Assembly: GCA_051532035.1 (NCBI GenBank)
Contig: JAOPTW010000056.1
Coordinates: forward strand, 6,571 to 70,570
Length of the DNA: 64,000 nt
Reading direction: 5' to 3'
From: Fibrobacterales bacterium
Lineage (GTDB): Bacteria; Fibrobacterota; Fibrobacteria; Fibrobacterales; JAOPTW01
Of this stretch, positions 27,099 to 36,449 are shown piece after piece. A model generated the notes under the pieces. The model was not told where the DNA came from. It ran no database searches and was given only the letters and a program-made list of their open reading frames with translations. The first letter of the stretch is position 1, and every line of letters begins with the position of its first letter. The position numbers and the translations under genes were made by a program.

Positions 27099-28664
27099 AT
27101 GAGAAAAGAGATAGAAAAACGCAGAACCTTCGCTATTGTGTCCCATCCGGATGCAGGTAAAACCACTATTACCGAAAAGTTTCTTTGGTATGGTAAGGTC
27201 ATTCGCGAAGCTGGTCATGTTCGTGCAAAACAGAACCGTTCACATACAACTTCTGACTGGATGAAAATTGAACAGCAACGGGGTATTTCGGTTTCGTCAT
27301 CGGTGCTCAACTTCCCTCATGGAAACTCTCAGTTTAATCTACTGGATACTCCGGGTCACCAAGACTTTAGTGAAGATACCTATAGAGCACTCACTGCGGT
27401 TGACTCTGCTCTGGTACTCCTCGATTCGGTGAATGGTGTAGAACGACAAACGATTAAATTGATGGATGTGTGTCGACTTCGTAAAACTCCTATTATCACC
27501 TTTATCAACAAAATGGATCTCGATGGCAAAGATGCCATTGATCTTATTGATGAAATTGAAGAAATTTTGAAAATAAAATGTGCCCCATTTTCCCTTCCAA
27601 TCGGCTACGGAAAGCTTTTTAAAGGGGTCTATTCAATTATTGATGACACCCTACATTCATATTCAAAAGATGGAAGTGAGCAAGAGGTAGTACAACTCTC
27701 GGGGATTGATGACCCAAAACTAGACGACCTTTTTGATGAGCGTGATGTAACCGAGCTTCGTGACCGCTACGATCTGGTTACTGGAGTAATGGAGCCTTTT
27801 GATCAAGAAGCTTTTTTAAATGGTGATCAGTGCCCTGTTTTTTATGGCTCTGCCATTGCTAACTTTGGAGTAAAGCAGCTCCTTGATACCTTTGAGCGAT
27901 TAGCACCACCACCACTTCCTCGTGATACTGATGTTCGGGTTGTTGATCCACACGAAGAGAACTTTTCTGGATTTATCTTTAAAATTCAAGCAAATATGGA
28001 CCCGAAACACCGAGATAGAACGGCTTTTATGCGTATCTGTTCGGGTAAATTTGAGCGTGGTTCAAAGGTGATTCATTGTCGTACCGGTAAAAAACTGAGC
28101 ATGGCAGCTCCAACGTCATTTATGGCTAAAAATAAAGATATTCTCGATGTTGCCTATGCTGGTGATATTGTTGGAATAAATGATCCAGGAATGTTTAATA
28201 TAGGTGATACTCTGACTGCAGGCGAAAAATTTAAATTTCATGGTATCCCACATTTTGCTCCTGAATATTTTGCCAAAGTTACTCTTGAGAATCCTTTGAA
28301 ATCGAAGCAGATGAAAAAGGGACTCGATCAGCTTTCAGAAGAGGGAGCAACCCAGCTTTTTCAACCCATACAGTCGCCTACAGCTATTATTGGAGTTGTT
28401 GGAGAATTGCAATTTGATGTTCTAAAACACCGATTAGAGTATGAGTATCAAGCTAATGTTATCCTTGATCGATTTAATGTGTTTGAAGCGCGTTGGATTG
28501 TAGGGGATAAAGAAGAGATCAAAAAGTTTGTAAAAGAGTATGGTTTTAATTGTTCAAATGATAAAGAGGGGAACCTAGTCTGTCTCTTTCCTAATGAGTT
28601 CAAACTCAACCTTGCTGAGAAAAACTACGAAGGTCTCACCTTTGAAAAGACAATGGAAAATTAA
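27099..28664 (+). CDS. prfC: peptide chain release factor 3
   Basis: RRTFAIVSHPDAGKTTITEK, DTPGHQDF and NKMD. 521 aa. Confidence 0.92.
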   Translation: MRKEIEKRRTFAIVSHPDAGKTTITEKFLWYGKVIREAGHVRAKQNRSHTTSDWMKIEQQRGISVSSSVLNFPHGNSQFNLLDTPGHQDFSEDTYRALTAVDSALVLLDSVNGVERQTIKLMDVCRLRKTPIITFINKMDLDGKDAIDLIDEIEEILKIKCAPFSLPIGYGKLFKGVYSIIDDTLHSYSKDGSEQEVVQLSGIDDPKLDDLFDERDVTELRDRYDLVTGVMEPFDQEAFLNGDQCPVFYGSAIANFGVKQLLDTFERLAPPPLPRDTDVRVVDPHEENFSGFIFKIQANMDPKHRDRTAFMRICSGKFERGSKVIHCRTGKKLSMAAPTSFMAKNKDILDVAYAGDIVGINDPGMFNIGDTLTAGEKFKFHGIPHFAPEYFAKVTLENPLKSKQMKKGLDQLSEEGATQLFQPIQSPTAIIGVVGELQFDVLKHRLEYEYQANVILDRFNVFEARWIVGDKEEIKKFVKEYGFNCSNDKEGNLVCLFPNEFKLNLAEKNYEGLTFEKTMEN

Positions 28665-28676
28665 AAGAAAATAACC

Positions 28677-29612
28677 CTATACTTCGCAAATACGAATAGG
28701 TTTACTGTCTGAATGTTTCTCTTCATTGTAGTTGAGAATAATACATTCACTTTTTTTCTGAGCTTCGATGTTGATTATAAGTCTATCAGCAAGTTTACGA
28801 GAGATATAGAGGCCGCGGCCATGGGAATCAAGGAGTCCTTTAGGAAAGCCTTTTTCACCATTAGTTATTTGTCGATCAAGCCAGTAGAGTATTGTTTTTG
28901 AGTCGAGTTTTCCACCGTTGTCAATGATAGCAATACCGTTCTTTTCACTATCTTTTCCGTGCCAGATCTCAATAGCTTCTCCTTCAGGAAGGACAAAGTC
29001 ACGGTCCCACATGTTTTTCTTTGAACCGTCTTCACTTTTTGCCCCATAAAAGAGGGCGTTAGTCATAAGCTCGGTTAACACAACTTTGAGTTTATCGATA
29101 TTGTGTTTAAGTCCATAAAGCTGTGTAAGGTTTTCGCAAATTTCGTCAATCTGTCTGGGAGATCTGAGCAATATTTTTTTGACTTTAGTACGCTTTTTAA
29201 GATACTTCTCAAGCCCAAAGATATCTTTAGAGATGAGTTTACTCGTTGCATCAATAATTTCAGTAGAGTCAAATGGTTTGGGGACTGGAATGATATTTTC
29301 AATTGAGTAATCTTTGATGAGATTCATGTTGCTCTCAATATTTTCATCAGTCAGAAGCAGTCGACTAGCGGTCGGACATATTTTCCGCGCTTCACTCAAA
29401 AGTTTATAGCCATTTGAGTCGGTTAATTTGACTTCAGATATGATAAGATCAAAATCTTGGGTTTTAAGTCGCTCCATAGCATTAAAAAAGTTATCCACAA
29501 CAGTTATGTGATAGCCGTTTTTAATGAAATCCTGATGGAGGGATCCCCGTTCAATACCCTTGTTCTCAACGATAAGGATTTTGTTTGTGCTGATTGTTAG
29601 ATATTCGTGCAC
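28677..29612 (-). CDS. response-regulator receiver fused to an RsbW/SpoIIAB-like HATPase (anti-sigma serine kinase-like) domain
   Basis: REC region: ILIVENK...DLIISEVKLTDSNG...LLLTD. C-terminal region: VLTELMTNALFYG (N-box-like), IIDNGGKL and HGRGLYISRKLA (G-box-like). Confidence 0.55.
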   Translation of the reverse strand: MHEYLTISTNKILIVENKGIERGSLHQDFIKNGYHITVVDNFFNAMERLKTQDFDLIISEVKLTDSNGYKLLSEARKICPTASRLLLTDENIESNMNLIKDYSIENIIPVPKPFDSTEIIDATSKLISKDIFGLEKYLKKRTKVKKILLRSPRQIDEICENLTQLYGLKHNIDKLKVVLTELMTNALFYGAKSEDGSKKNMWDRDFVLPEGEAIEIWHGKDSEKNGIAIIDNGGKLDSKTILYWLDRQITNGEKGFPKGLLDSHGRGLYISRKLADRLIINIEAQKKSECIILNYNEEKHSDSKPIRICEV

Positions 29613-29812
29613 TGTTCCTGACCAACTATTTCTTTACTACCCGATATTTAAAATATGCATTATGTAAAAGAAAAAGTGGTTTATTTTTACAATGAAGTCT
29701 TTTTCCTATATCGAGTTCAGAAGTGTTATTTTGGGGAATAAATACCTCGATTACGCTCTGCAATGTTATTTTTGGATATAGAGATGGAGACCTTTTTAAA
29801 AATGTTGGAGAA

Positions 29813-30646
29813 ATGATGAATGTATTGATACTCTGTGCAGGGTATGGCTCTCGACTAGCGCCATTAACTGATAGAATTCCTAAACCCATGGTTAAAATAG
29901 CCGATAAGACCGGGCTTGAGATTCAAATTGAGGGGTGTGCTGGGCTAAATTACTCCAATATGTGTATTAATACACATCATCTTGCCGAACCGCTGCATAC
30001 CTTTGCAACAGAACTTCCTATTCAAAAGGTCTTTTTTGAACCAGAAATTTTGGGAACGGGTGGTCCTCTTCATAGAATGTATAATGAGGGCTACACTGAT
30101 GACCTCTTGGTTATAAACTGCGATATTTATCACGATTTTGACCTTCAGAAATTTGTGTCAGAGGCTCAAGGGTCATATTATTCACTCTTATTAATCGATA
30201 ATGAACAGTTTAATAGTGTCGAGGTGACCGAAGGTATGGTTACCGGTGTGCGTAAGGTCTTTTCAGAAAAAGAGAGTACTTCCCTTAAAACTTTTTCAGG
30301 GGTCTCTTGGTATTCCAAGGAAGCTCTTGCGGATATACAAAAAGAACATTTTAGCATTGTATCATTTTGGAAAAATGCAGCCTCACACGGTAAGTTTGGT
30401 AGAGCTTTAGAAAATAATGAAACAGTGTGGATCGACATTGGGACGCCTCAAGGGCTCTATGAGGCATCTTTTGATCGCGCTACGAAAATAGGGGCCCCCC
30501 TTGTCAATGGTTCATTAGTAGGGGATAGTGTACAGCTTCTGGATGATGTTTCTATTAAAGATTCAATTATACTTGATGGCACTATTCTTTCGGGTGATGA
30601 ATACGATAAGGCAATTGTGGGTGAAGGGATCGCATGGCAGCTCTAG
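29813..30646 (+). CDS. murU: sugar-1-phosphate nucleotidyltransferase, MurU-like
   Basis: ATG at 29813 follows RBS GGAG. LILCAGYGSRLAPLTDRIPKPMV nucleotidyltransferase motif. The gene overlaps and is coupled to an AmgK-like kinase gene. Confidence 0.6.
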   Translation: MMNVLILCAGYGSRLAPLTDRIPKPMVKIADKTGLEIQIEGCAGLNYSNMCINTHHLAEPLHTFATELPIQKVFFEPEILGTGGPLHRMYNEGYTDDLLVINCDIYHDFDLQKFVSEAQGSYYSLLLIDNEQFNSVEVTEGMVTGVRKVFSEKESTSLKTFSGVSWYSKEALADIQKEHFSIVSFWKNAASHGKFGRALENNETVWIDIGTPQGLYEASFDRATKIGAPLVNGSLVGDSVQLLDDVSIKDSIILDGTILSGDEYDKAIVGEGIAWQL

Positions 30647-31608
30647 AAGCCAGAGAATTAAGAGGGGCCTCAGAGTGCATCTCAACCTATTTACACGAAA
30701 AAGGAGTTGCAGTGCCTTCTGAGCTTTCTCTCGCAGGGCAGGCAGCTTCAAGTCGACTCTATTACAGGATTCCCAGTGAATCCATGAGCTATGTATTAAT
30801 GCAGGCTCCAGAAGTTGATAGTGATTTTGATCGGTTTATCGAGATAACCCAGCTGTTACAAAAAAGTGGAGTACGGGTTCCAGAGCTGTATGTTGTGGAC
30901 AGAGAAAATGCTCAAATGCTGATAGAAGATTTGGGCACGGTAATGTTATGGGATAATTGGCAGCATCTTCATGAGGTCGCTCAGTATAAGCAGGCAATAG
31001 ATGCGTTAATTACATTACAAAAGGCGCCTATAACCAGTAGTATGATCTCTGAGCCAAAAACTTTTGACCAAGAGATGCTCGAATGGGAGACGCGTTATTT
31101 TACGGAAAATTATCTTACTGTTTATGAGTGCCTCAGTGATGATGAGCGGCGCAGTCATCGCTGTGAATGTATTGATTTAGCACAAGCAGTCGACTCTCAT
31201 AAAAAAGTATTTATGCACCGAGATTTTCAATCTCAAAATATCATGATTACAGGGGATGAAATTGCCTTGATAGATTATCAAGGAGCGAGAATGGGGAGTT
31301 ATTGTTATGATCTCGCCTCCCTTGTTTGGGATCCTTATTGTACTCTTTCAATAGAGATTGTTGATCAATTGGTACGGTACTATTATGAATCAGCAGAAAT
31401 AGAATTGCCCTATGCAGAGTTTTATAGGGAGTTTATTGAAGCGTCGCTCCAGAGAGTTATGCAGGCGTGCGGAGCCTACTCCTTTTTATCCGACACCAAA
31501 GAGAAGGTGGAGTATAAAAAGCATTTGCAGCCTGGTTTAACCATCTTAAAAACAGTTCTTTCTGAGTATGATGGCTTGCCGACTTTAAAAAATATTCTGA
31601 GTCGATAA
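30634..31608 (+). CDS. amgK: anomeric sugar kinase of the aminoglycoside-phosphotransferase fold, AmgK-like
   Basis: HRDFQSQNIMI (Brenner motif) and LIDYQGARMGSYCYDLASLVWD, which resembles the IDFQDA...YDL.SLL.D of AmgK. 13-nt overlap with the upstream gene. Confidence 0.6.
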   Translation: MAALEARELRGASECISTYLHEKGVAVPSELSLAGQAASSRLYYRIPSESMSYVLMQAPEVDSDFDRFIEITQLLQKSGVRVPELYVVDRENAQMLIEDLGTVMLWDNWQHLHEVAQYKQAIDALITLQKAPITSSMISEPKTFDQEMLEWETRYFTENYLTVYECLSDDERRSHRCECIDLAQAVDSHKKVFMHRDFQSQNIMITGDEIALIDYQGARMGSYCYDLASLVWDPYCTLSIEIVDQLVRYYYESAEIELPYAEFYREFIEASLQRVMQACGAYSFLSDTKEKVEYKKHLQPGLTILKTVLSEYDGLPTLKNILSR

Positions 31609-31638
31609 GTTTTCTAAGGTTCGATTAGTTGTTTAAAA

Positions 31639-31676
31639 CAAAAAGGCCCCTGAGAATGTTCTCAGGGGCCTTTTTT
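31639..31676. terminator. bidirectional intrinsic terminator
   Basis: GGCCCCTGAGA-ATGT-TCTCAGGGGCC is an 11-bp stem (31645-31670) with A-run and T-run flanks, between convergent genes. Confidence 0.85.
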
Positions 31677-31689
31677 ATAGTCTTTGTAT

Positions 31690-32355
31690 TTACTGTGGGA
31701 TCACAAGCTCTTGACCTGGAAAGATAAGGTCAGGATCTTTGATTTGATCTTTATTTGCCGAGTAAATCTGTGGCCACTTAAAGGCATCGCCATAAATTTC
31801 GTCGTTCTCTGCAATTCTCCAGAGACAGTCACGACGCTCAGGAATGAGTCGAACAGTGTAGGTGTTACCACGCATTGCTGCACGAGCTTCTTTAGATGCG
31901 AGAAGTGCATCTTCGAGTCCGGTGATTTTACCATCAAGACGAGGGAAGATAGCAATTTTGTTTGCTTTAATTGATTCAACCTCTTTGTCCGCTATATCGA
32001 GTTGTTTACTCCACTCTGCAAGCATTTCAGAGTACTCAGATTCAAAACTCTGAATTTGCATAGTGAGATCATCGATTTTTTGAGCAAATGTGTCAAATTC
32101 TTCTTGGGTAATACCAACAAAATCGAGCATCTCTTGCCAGAGTGATTCAATTTGACTTTTACTATTGGTGAGCTGGCCTTGAAGGTCGGCGATATCTTTC
32201 TCAAGTTGGTCGATCTGTTGTTTGGCAGTCCCTTCTCTATCTTGCTCTTTTTTGAGCTCAACAAGGTACTGGTCATACGTCATCTCTTCTTGTGCAAAAC
32301 TATTTGTAGCAGCAATAAGAAGAATAGCAGTGAGTATACTTTTAAATAATGTCAT
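31690..32355 (-). CDS. secreted coiled-coil protein with C-terminal LysM peptidoglycan-binding domain
   Basis: Signal peptide ...ATNSFA/QE and about 120 aa of heptad-rich sequence. C-terminal LysM: YTVRLIPERRDCLWRIAENDEIYGDAFKWPQIYSANKDQIKDPDLIFPGQELVIP. ATG at 32355 follows AGGAG. Confidence 0.65.
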   Translation of the reverse strand: MTLFKSILTAILLIAATNSFAQEEMTYDQYLVELKKEQDREGTAKQQIDQLEKDIADLQGQLTNSKSQIESLWQEMLDFVGITQEEFDTFAQKIDDLTMQIQSFESEYSEMLAEWSKQLDIADKEVESIKANKIAIFPRLDGKITGLEDALLASKEARAAMRGNTYTVRLIPERRDCLWRIAENDEIYGDAFKWPQIYSANKDQIKDPDLIFPGQELVIPQ

Positions 32356-32363
32356 CACGTCTC

Positions 32364-32618
32364 CTATTTTCTGTTTTTGAGTTCTGCAAACTCTTGTTCA
32401 TGTTGTGCAAGAAGTGCCTGTACATCAGCTAACTCTTGTTGTAGTGTTGCTTTTTGGCGCTCAAGCTCAACTACTTTTTGTTCTGCTGCATCTGCTGCAG
32501 ATTTTTGTTGTTCAAGCTTATCAAGGTCTTCTGGAGAAGGCATTTTTGTACACCCAACTGCAACGAGGATTAATCCTACTGTAGCAGCTTTAAAGGTGTT
32601 AGAGAGTAATGTTTTCAT
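32364..32618 (-). CDS. small coiled-coil lipoprotein resembling Braun lipoprotein (Lpp) and ending in RK
   Basis: ATG at 32618 follows RBS GGAG. Lipobox LVAVGC. The 62-aa mature peptide is almost entirely heptad coiled coil and ends in ...AELKNRK. Confidence 0.6.
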   Translation of the reverse strand: MKTLLSNTFKAATVGLILVAVGCTKMPSPEDLDKLEQQKSAADAAEQKVVELERQKATLQQELADVQALLAQHEQEFAELKNRK

Positions 32619-32671
32619 TGAATGATACTCCGATATGGTTCGGGTTACACTTATTATACCTTTAATATAAG

Positions 32672-32707
32672 AAAAAACGCCCCATTTCAAATAAATGGGG
32701 CGTTTTT
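32672..32707 (-). terminator. intrinsic terminator of glgB
   Basis: ACGCCCCATTT-CAAAT-AAATGGGGCGT is an 11-bp stem (32677-32703) with a T-run on the minus strand. Confidence 0.8.
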
Positions 32708-32750
32708 ATCTCTAAAAGTTAAAAATAACAGTCAAATTACTCGGTAAATC

Positions 32751-35018
32751 CTATGGATGATACCTATAGTAGGTTGCAGATAAGGGAGGGAGGCATACAT
32801 CAATACTCTGTCCAAAATGGCCTTTTCCTTCTGGAATACTTTGCTTTCCACCATCATTACCCATATTACTTCCGCCAAACATATCTGAATCAGAGTTGAA
32901 AATCTCTTCATAGTATCCTGGTTTTGGTACGCCAAATAGATAGGAATCTCTTGGAACAGGGGTAAAATTAAATATTGCAATGATCATATCATTTTGATCT
33001 CGACCCTTACGAGCAAATGCAACAATAGAATCGGCAGCATTATCACACTCGAGCCATTCAAAACCTTCATAAGAATCTTCAACTTCCCACAGACAGTTTG
33101 AGCTGGTATATATGCCATTCAAATTTTTAATAACTGATTGCATTTGAGAATGTTTGCCATCATCAATAATATGCCAATCGAGTCCTTGATCGGCATTCCA
33201 CTCGTGATATTGCCCAAATTCAGAGCCCATAAAGAGGAGTTTTTTACCGGGATGTGCAAACATAAAGCCATAGGTAAGACGGAGGTTTGCAAATTTTTGC
33301 CAATCATCACCAGGCATTTTATTAATCATTGAACCTTTGCCATGTACTACTTCGTCATGAGACAATACAAGCCAAAAGTTTTCGGTAAATGCATAGAGCA
33401 TTGCAAACGTGAGTTCGTTTTGATGAAACTGTCTATGGATGGGCTCTTTCTCAATATAGTAGAGGAAATCATTCATCCAACCCATATTCCATTTGTAATG
33501 ATAGCCTAAACCGTCATGCTCAGGGGGTTTGGTAATACTTGGATATGACGTTGACTCTTCTGCAACCATAAGTGCATGAGGAGCCTCTTGACGTATAATG
33601 CTGTTGAGGTGTTTAGTAAAGTCAAGGGCCTCGATATTGATATTATCACCATATTTATTGGGAACCCATTGACCATGTTCACGACCATAATCAAGGTACA
33701 ACATTGAAGCAACCGCGTCAACACGAAGACCATCTATATGGAACTCTTTGAGCCAGTAGAGCGCATTGGCAATAAGAAAGTTTGAAACTTCAGTACGGCC
33801 ATAATTAAAAATATACGTTCCCCAGTCTGGGTGTTCACCCTGACGAGCGTCAGCATGTTCATAGAGGGCAGAACCGTCAAATTTGCCAAGTGCGTGGGCA
33901 TCTTTTGGAAAGTGAGCAGGTACCCAATCAAGAATAATACCAATGTTGTTGGCGTGGCACGCATCAATAAATCTTTTGAGCTCTTCTGGGCTGCCATAGC
34001 GGGCTGTCGGTGAGTAATAACCGGTTACTTGATATCCCCATGATTGATCGAGCGGATGCTCAGCAAGAGGCATCAGTTCAATATGAGTAAACCCATGGTC
34101 GCGCACGTAGGGAATGAGCTCATTTATAAAATCTTCATATTGATAGAAGTCACCATTCTCTTTCTGTCTCCATGAAGCGAGGTGCACTTCATAGATACTC
34201 ATAGGTTGATTAACAAAATCTGATTGTGTATGACGTGCAACCCAATCCTCGTCATTCCATTGGTAGGTACTTGGAGCAACAACAACAGAAGCTTGATTGG
34301 GTCTCATTTCACTAAATTTTGCGTATGGGTCAATTTTAACCATCATTTCGCCAAAACAGCTCCGTATCTCGTACTTGTAAAGTTCCCCAGCAGAGAGTTC
34401 AGGAATAAAGAGCTCCCAAATGCCACTGTTTCTCATACGCATTGGATTTCTACGGCCATCCCAGCTATTGTAATTACCCACAACTGATACTGATTGAGCG
34501 TTCGGTGCCCATACTGCAAAGAGAATCCCCGTTACACCTTGGTGGGTTACTTGGTTCGCTCCAAGAATATTATAAAGCTCATAGTGAGTTCCCTGACTAA
34601 AGAGATGCATATCAAATTCACTGATGAGTGGTGCATAACAGTAAGGGTCTTTTTGTCTGTAGCTGTCTGAGTCGGTCATGAAAATCTCTAACTCATAAGT
34701 GTAGAAATATTCATTGTAGGGGAGAGTTGCTTCGAAGAAACCTGAATCACCTAATTTGATAAAGTCAAAACTGGTATTGCTTTCAGTATTATGACCAATA
34801 ACAAAATAGGCTGTAGGGTGCATTACCCGAATAACATTAAATTTCCCTTCAGAGGTTTCTTTGACATGTTGACCTAAAATCGAGAAGGGGTCATGAATGT
34901 TTTTATTGTGAAATACATCAATCTCTTCTTGAGTGAGTGTGGTGTAGTCGTGCCATTTAGGCTTAAGAGGTGATACCCCTGGTATTAGTTCTGTAGATTC
35001 TGTCACAGTCGACTCCAT
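32751..35018 (-). CDS. glgB: 1,4-alpha-glucan branching enzyme (GH13)
   Basis: 755 aa. Motifs HIDGLRVDAVASM, MVAEESTS and LSHDEVVHGKGS. N-terminal CBM48-like region. Confidence 0.92.
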   Translation of the reverse strand: MESTVTESTELIPGVSPLKPKWHDYTTLTQEEIDVFHNKNIHDPFSILGQHVKETSEGKFNVIRVMHPTAYFVIGHNTESNTSFDFIKLGDSGFFEATLPYNEYFYTYELEIFMTDSDSYRQKDPYCYAPLISEFDMHLFSQGTHYELYNILGANQVTHQGVTGILFAVWAPNAQSVSVVGNYNSWDGRRNPMRMRNSGIWELFIPELSAGELYKYEIRSCFGEMMVKIDPYAKFSEMRPNQASVVVAPSTYQWNDEDWVARHTQSDFVNQPMSIYEVHLASWRQKENGDFYQYEDFINELIPYVRDHGFTHIELMPLAEHPLDQSWGYQVTGYYSPTARYGSPEELKRFIDACHANNIGIILDWVPAHFPKDAHALGKFDGSALYEHADARQGEHPDWGTYIFNYGRTEVSNFLIANALYWLKEFHIDGLRVDAVASMLYLDYGREHGQWVPNKYGDNINIEALDFTKHLNSIIRQEAPHALMVAEESTSYPSITKPPEHDGLGYHYKWNMGWMNDFLYYIEKEPIHRQFHQNELTFAMLYAFTENFWLVLSHDEVVHGKGSMINKMPGDDWQKFANLRLTYGFMFAHPGKKLLFMGSEFGQYHEWNADQGLDWHIIDDGKHSQMQSVIKNLNGIYTSSNCLWEVEDSYEGFEWLECDNAADSIVAFARKGRDQNDMIIAIFNFTPVPRDSYLFGVPKPGYYEEIFNSDSDMFGGSNMGNDGGKQSIPEGKGHFGQSIDVCLPPLSATYYRYHP

Positions 35019-35138
35019 TATAGTACTCAGATAAAATTATAAAATCAAAATAATAAACTTTTTAGGGATTTTGGCTGGAATTTAACGGGTTTGTAAAATT
35101 AAAAGATACAGAAGAGGAAGAATTTTGATGGGTAAAAG

Positions 35139-35558
35139 TTATTCACCCTGAAGGGTAATGACTAGAGCTCTGCTCCCGCCGTGATCGCGGTGCTCCCCTA
35201 GGTAAATCCCCTGCCATGTGCCGAGATTGAACTGTCCATTAGTGATAGGGATAGTAATACTTGCCCCCAGTGTACTCGATTTAAGGTGGGCGGGCATGTC
35301 ATCGTCACCTTCATAGTCGTGTTGATAATAGGGCTGACGTTCAGGTATTGATCGATTAAAATGCAATTCAAAGTCAATTCGCACGGTAGGATCTGCATTT
35401 TCATTTATAGTGAGGGATGCAGAGGTGTGTTTAATAAGTATATGAGCCAGGCCAATAGCAATATCAGTGAGTTCGGGGATAGCAGCTAACACATCATGAG
35501 TAATGAGGTGAAAACCGCGTGAGCGTTGATTGAGTTGAATCTCTTTTTGAACCCACAT
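35139..35558 (-). CDS. yjbQ: YjbQ/UPF0047 family protein (secondary thiamine-phosphate synthase type)
   Basis: 139 aa. ...HTSASLTINENADPTVRIDF...H..S...G.S..IPI..G.L.LGTWQGIYL.EHR matches the family pattern. Confidence 0.75.
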   Translation of the reverse strand: MWVQKEIQLNQRSRGFHLITHDVLAAIPELTDIAIGLAHILIKHTSASLTINENADPTVRIDFELHFNRSIPERQPYYQHDYEGDDDMPAHLKSSTLGASITIPITNGQFNLGTWQGIYLGEHRDHGGSRALVITLQGE

Positions 35559-35562
35559 AGTA

Positions 35563-35826
35563 TTAAATGTTTTGAAGAATATCTTCGATTATTTGATTCA
35601 GATCCGTCTGATATTGATCGGCAAACCAGCGTACAGCTTGTGGTTTTTCTGCATGGGGTGTTTTTGAAAATTGAGTAAACTCGTGGGCATTCATACGTGC
35701 AGTGGCATAACGCATGGCTGCGCCAACATCATGGACTTTTTGTCCATTCTGTTCAACAAGCATGTTACCGAGTTCGATAAATTGATTTGCCATATCATGA
35801 AGAGTCAATGATTTTGAGTTACTCAT
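35563..35826 (-). CDS. DUF3144-like small helical protein
   Basis: 87 aa. ANQFIELGNMLVEQNG..VGAAMRYATARMNAHE resembles DUF3144 family members. Confidence 0.45.
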   Translation of the reverse strand: MSNSKSLTLHDMANQFIELGNMLVEQNGQKVHDVGAAMRYATARMNAHEFTQFSKTPHAEKPQAVRWFADQYQTDLNQIIEDILQNI

Positions 35827-35834
35827 AAGTGCCT

Positions 35835-36449
35835 TTATAGGTTGATGCAGATACTGAGGTATGCGCTCACTGAATAGACTGTTGCATGAATATTCGTGAT
35901 TTTTATTTCCTCAGTGGCTTTGGTTTGATATTCAAAACGTTTGGCGCTCATATCAATACCAGTAGAGACTATGTCAAGCCATTTGGCTTCAAGTGAGAGG
36001 GAAGCAAAAAGGTTACCCCAGCCTCTATCGATAACATCGCCATAGTTAAGGAGATGATTGTAGCCAACTTTTGCTCTAAGGATCGGCTTAACAAATGCTC
36101 GTTTTCGGCTCTCTCCATTGAGTGAGACATAGATAGGGATAAAGAGAGCATCCATGTTTATTGAGGGATCGAGGGTGAAAGGCGCTGATATCTGAAGCCC
36201 TGCCCCAAAATAGACAAATTGATTTACCGTAAATCGGTCGAGTGAATAAAAGACATAATGAATGTCAGTAAGATACGAAGGCTCTAATTGAGACTCAATT
36301 GATTGAGAAATGTTACCTGCCTGGTCTTCTTCGGCATTAAATGGTGAATAGAAACTGTAGCCACCCGAGACAATTATCTGGTCAGCAAAGAGCTCTAGCG
36401 GTAAGAGTATTAGGGTAATTGCAATTACCCAGTAAATAGTACGGATCAT
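35835..36449 (-). CDS. secreted hypothetical protein, possibly a small outer-membrane beta-barrel
   Basis: 204 aa with signal peptide (..LPLELFA/DQ) and alternating aromatic/aliphatic pattern. Confidence 0.35.
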   Translation of the reverse strand: MIRTIYWVIAITLILLPLELFADQIIVSGGYSFYSPFNAEEDQAGNISQSIESQLEPSYLTDIHYVFYSLDRFTVNQFVYFGAGLQISAPFTLDPSINMDALFIPIYVSLNGESRKRAFVKPILRAKVGYNHLLNYGDVIDRGWGNLFASLSLEAKWLDIVSTGIDMSAKRFEYQTKATEEIKITNIHATVYSVSAYLSICINL

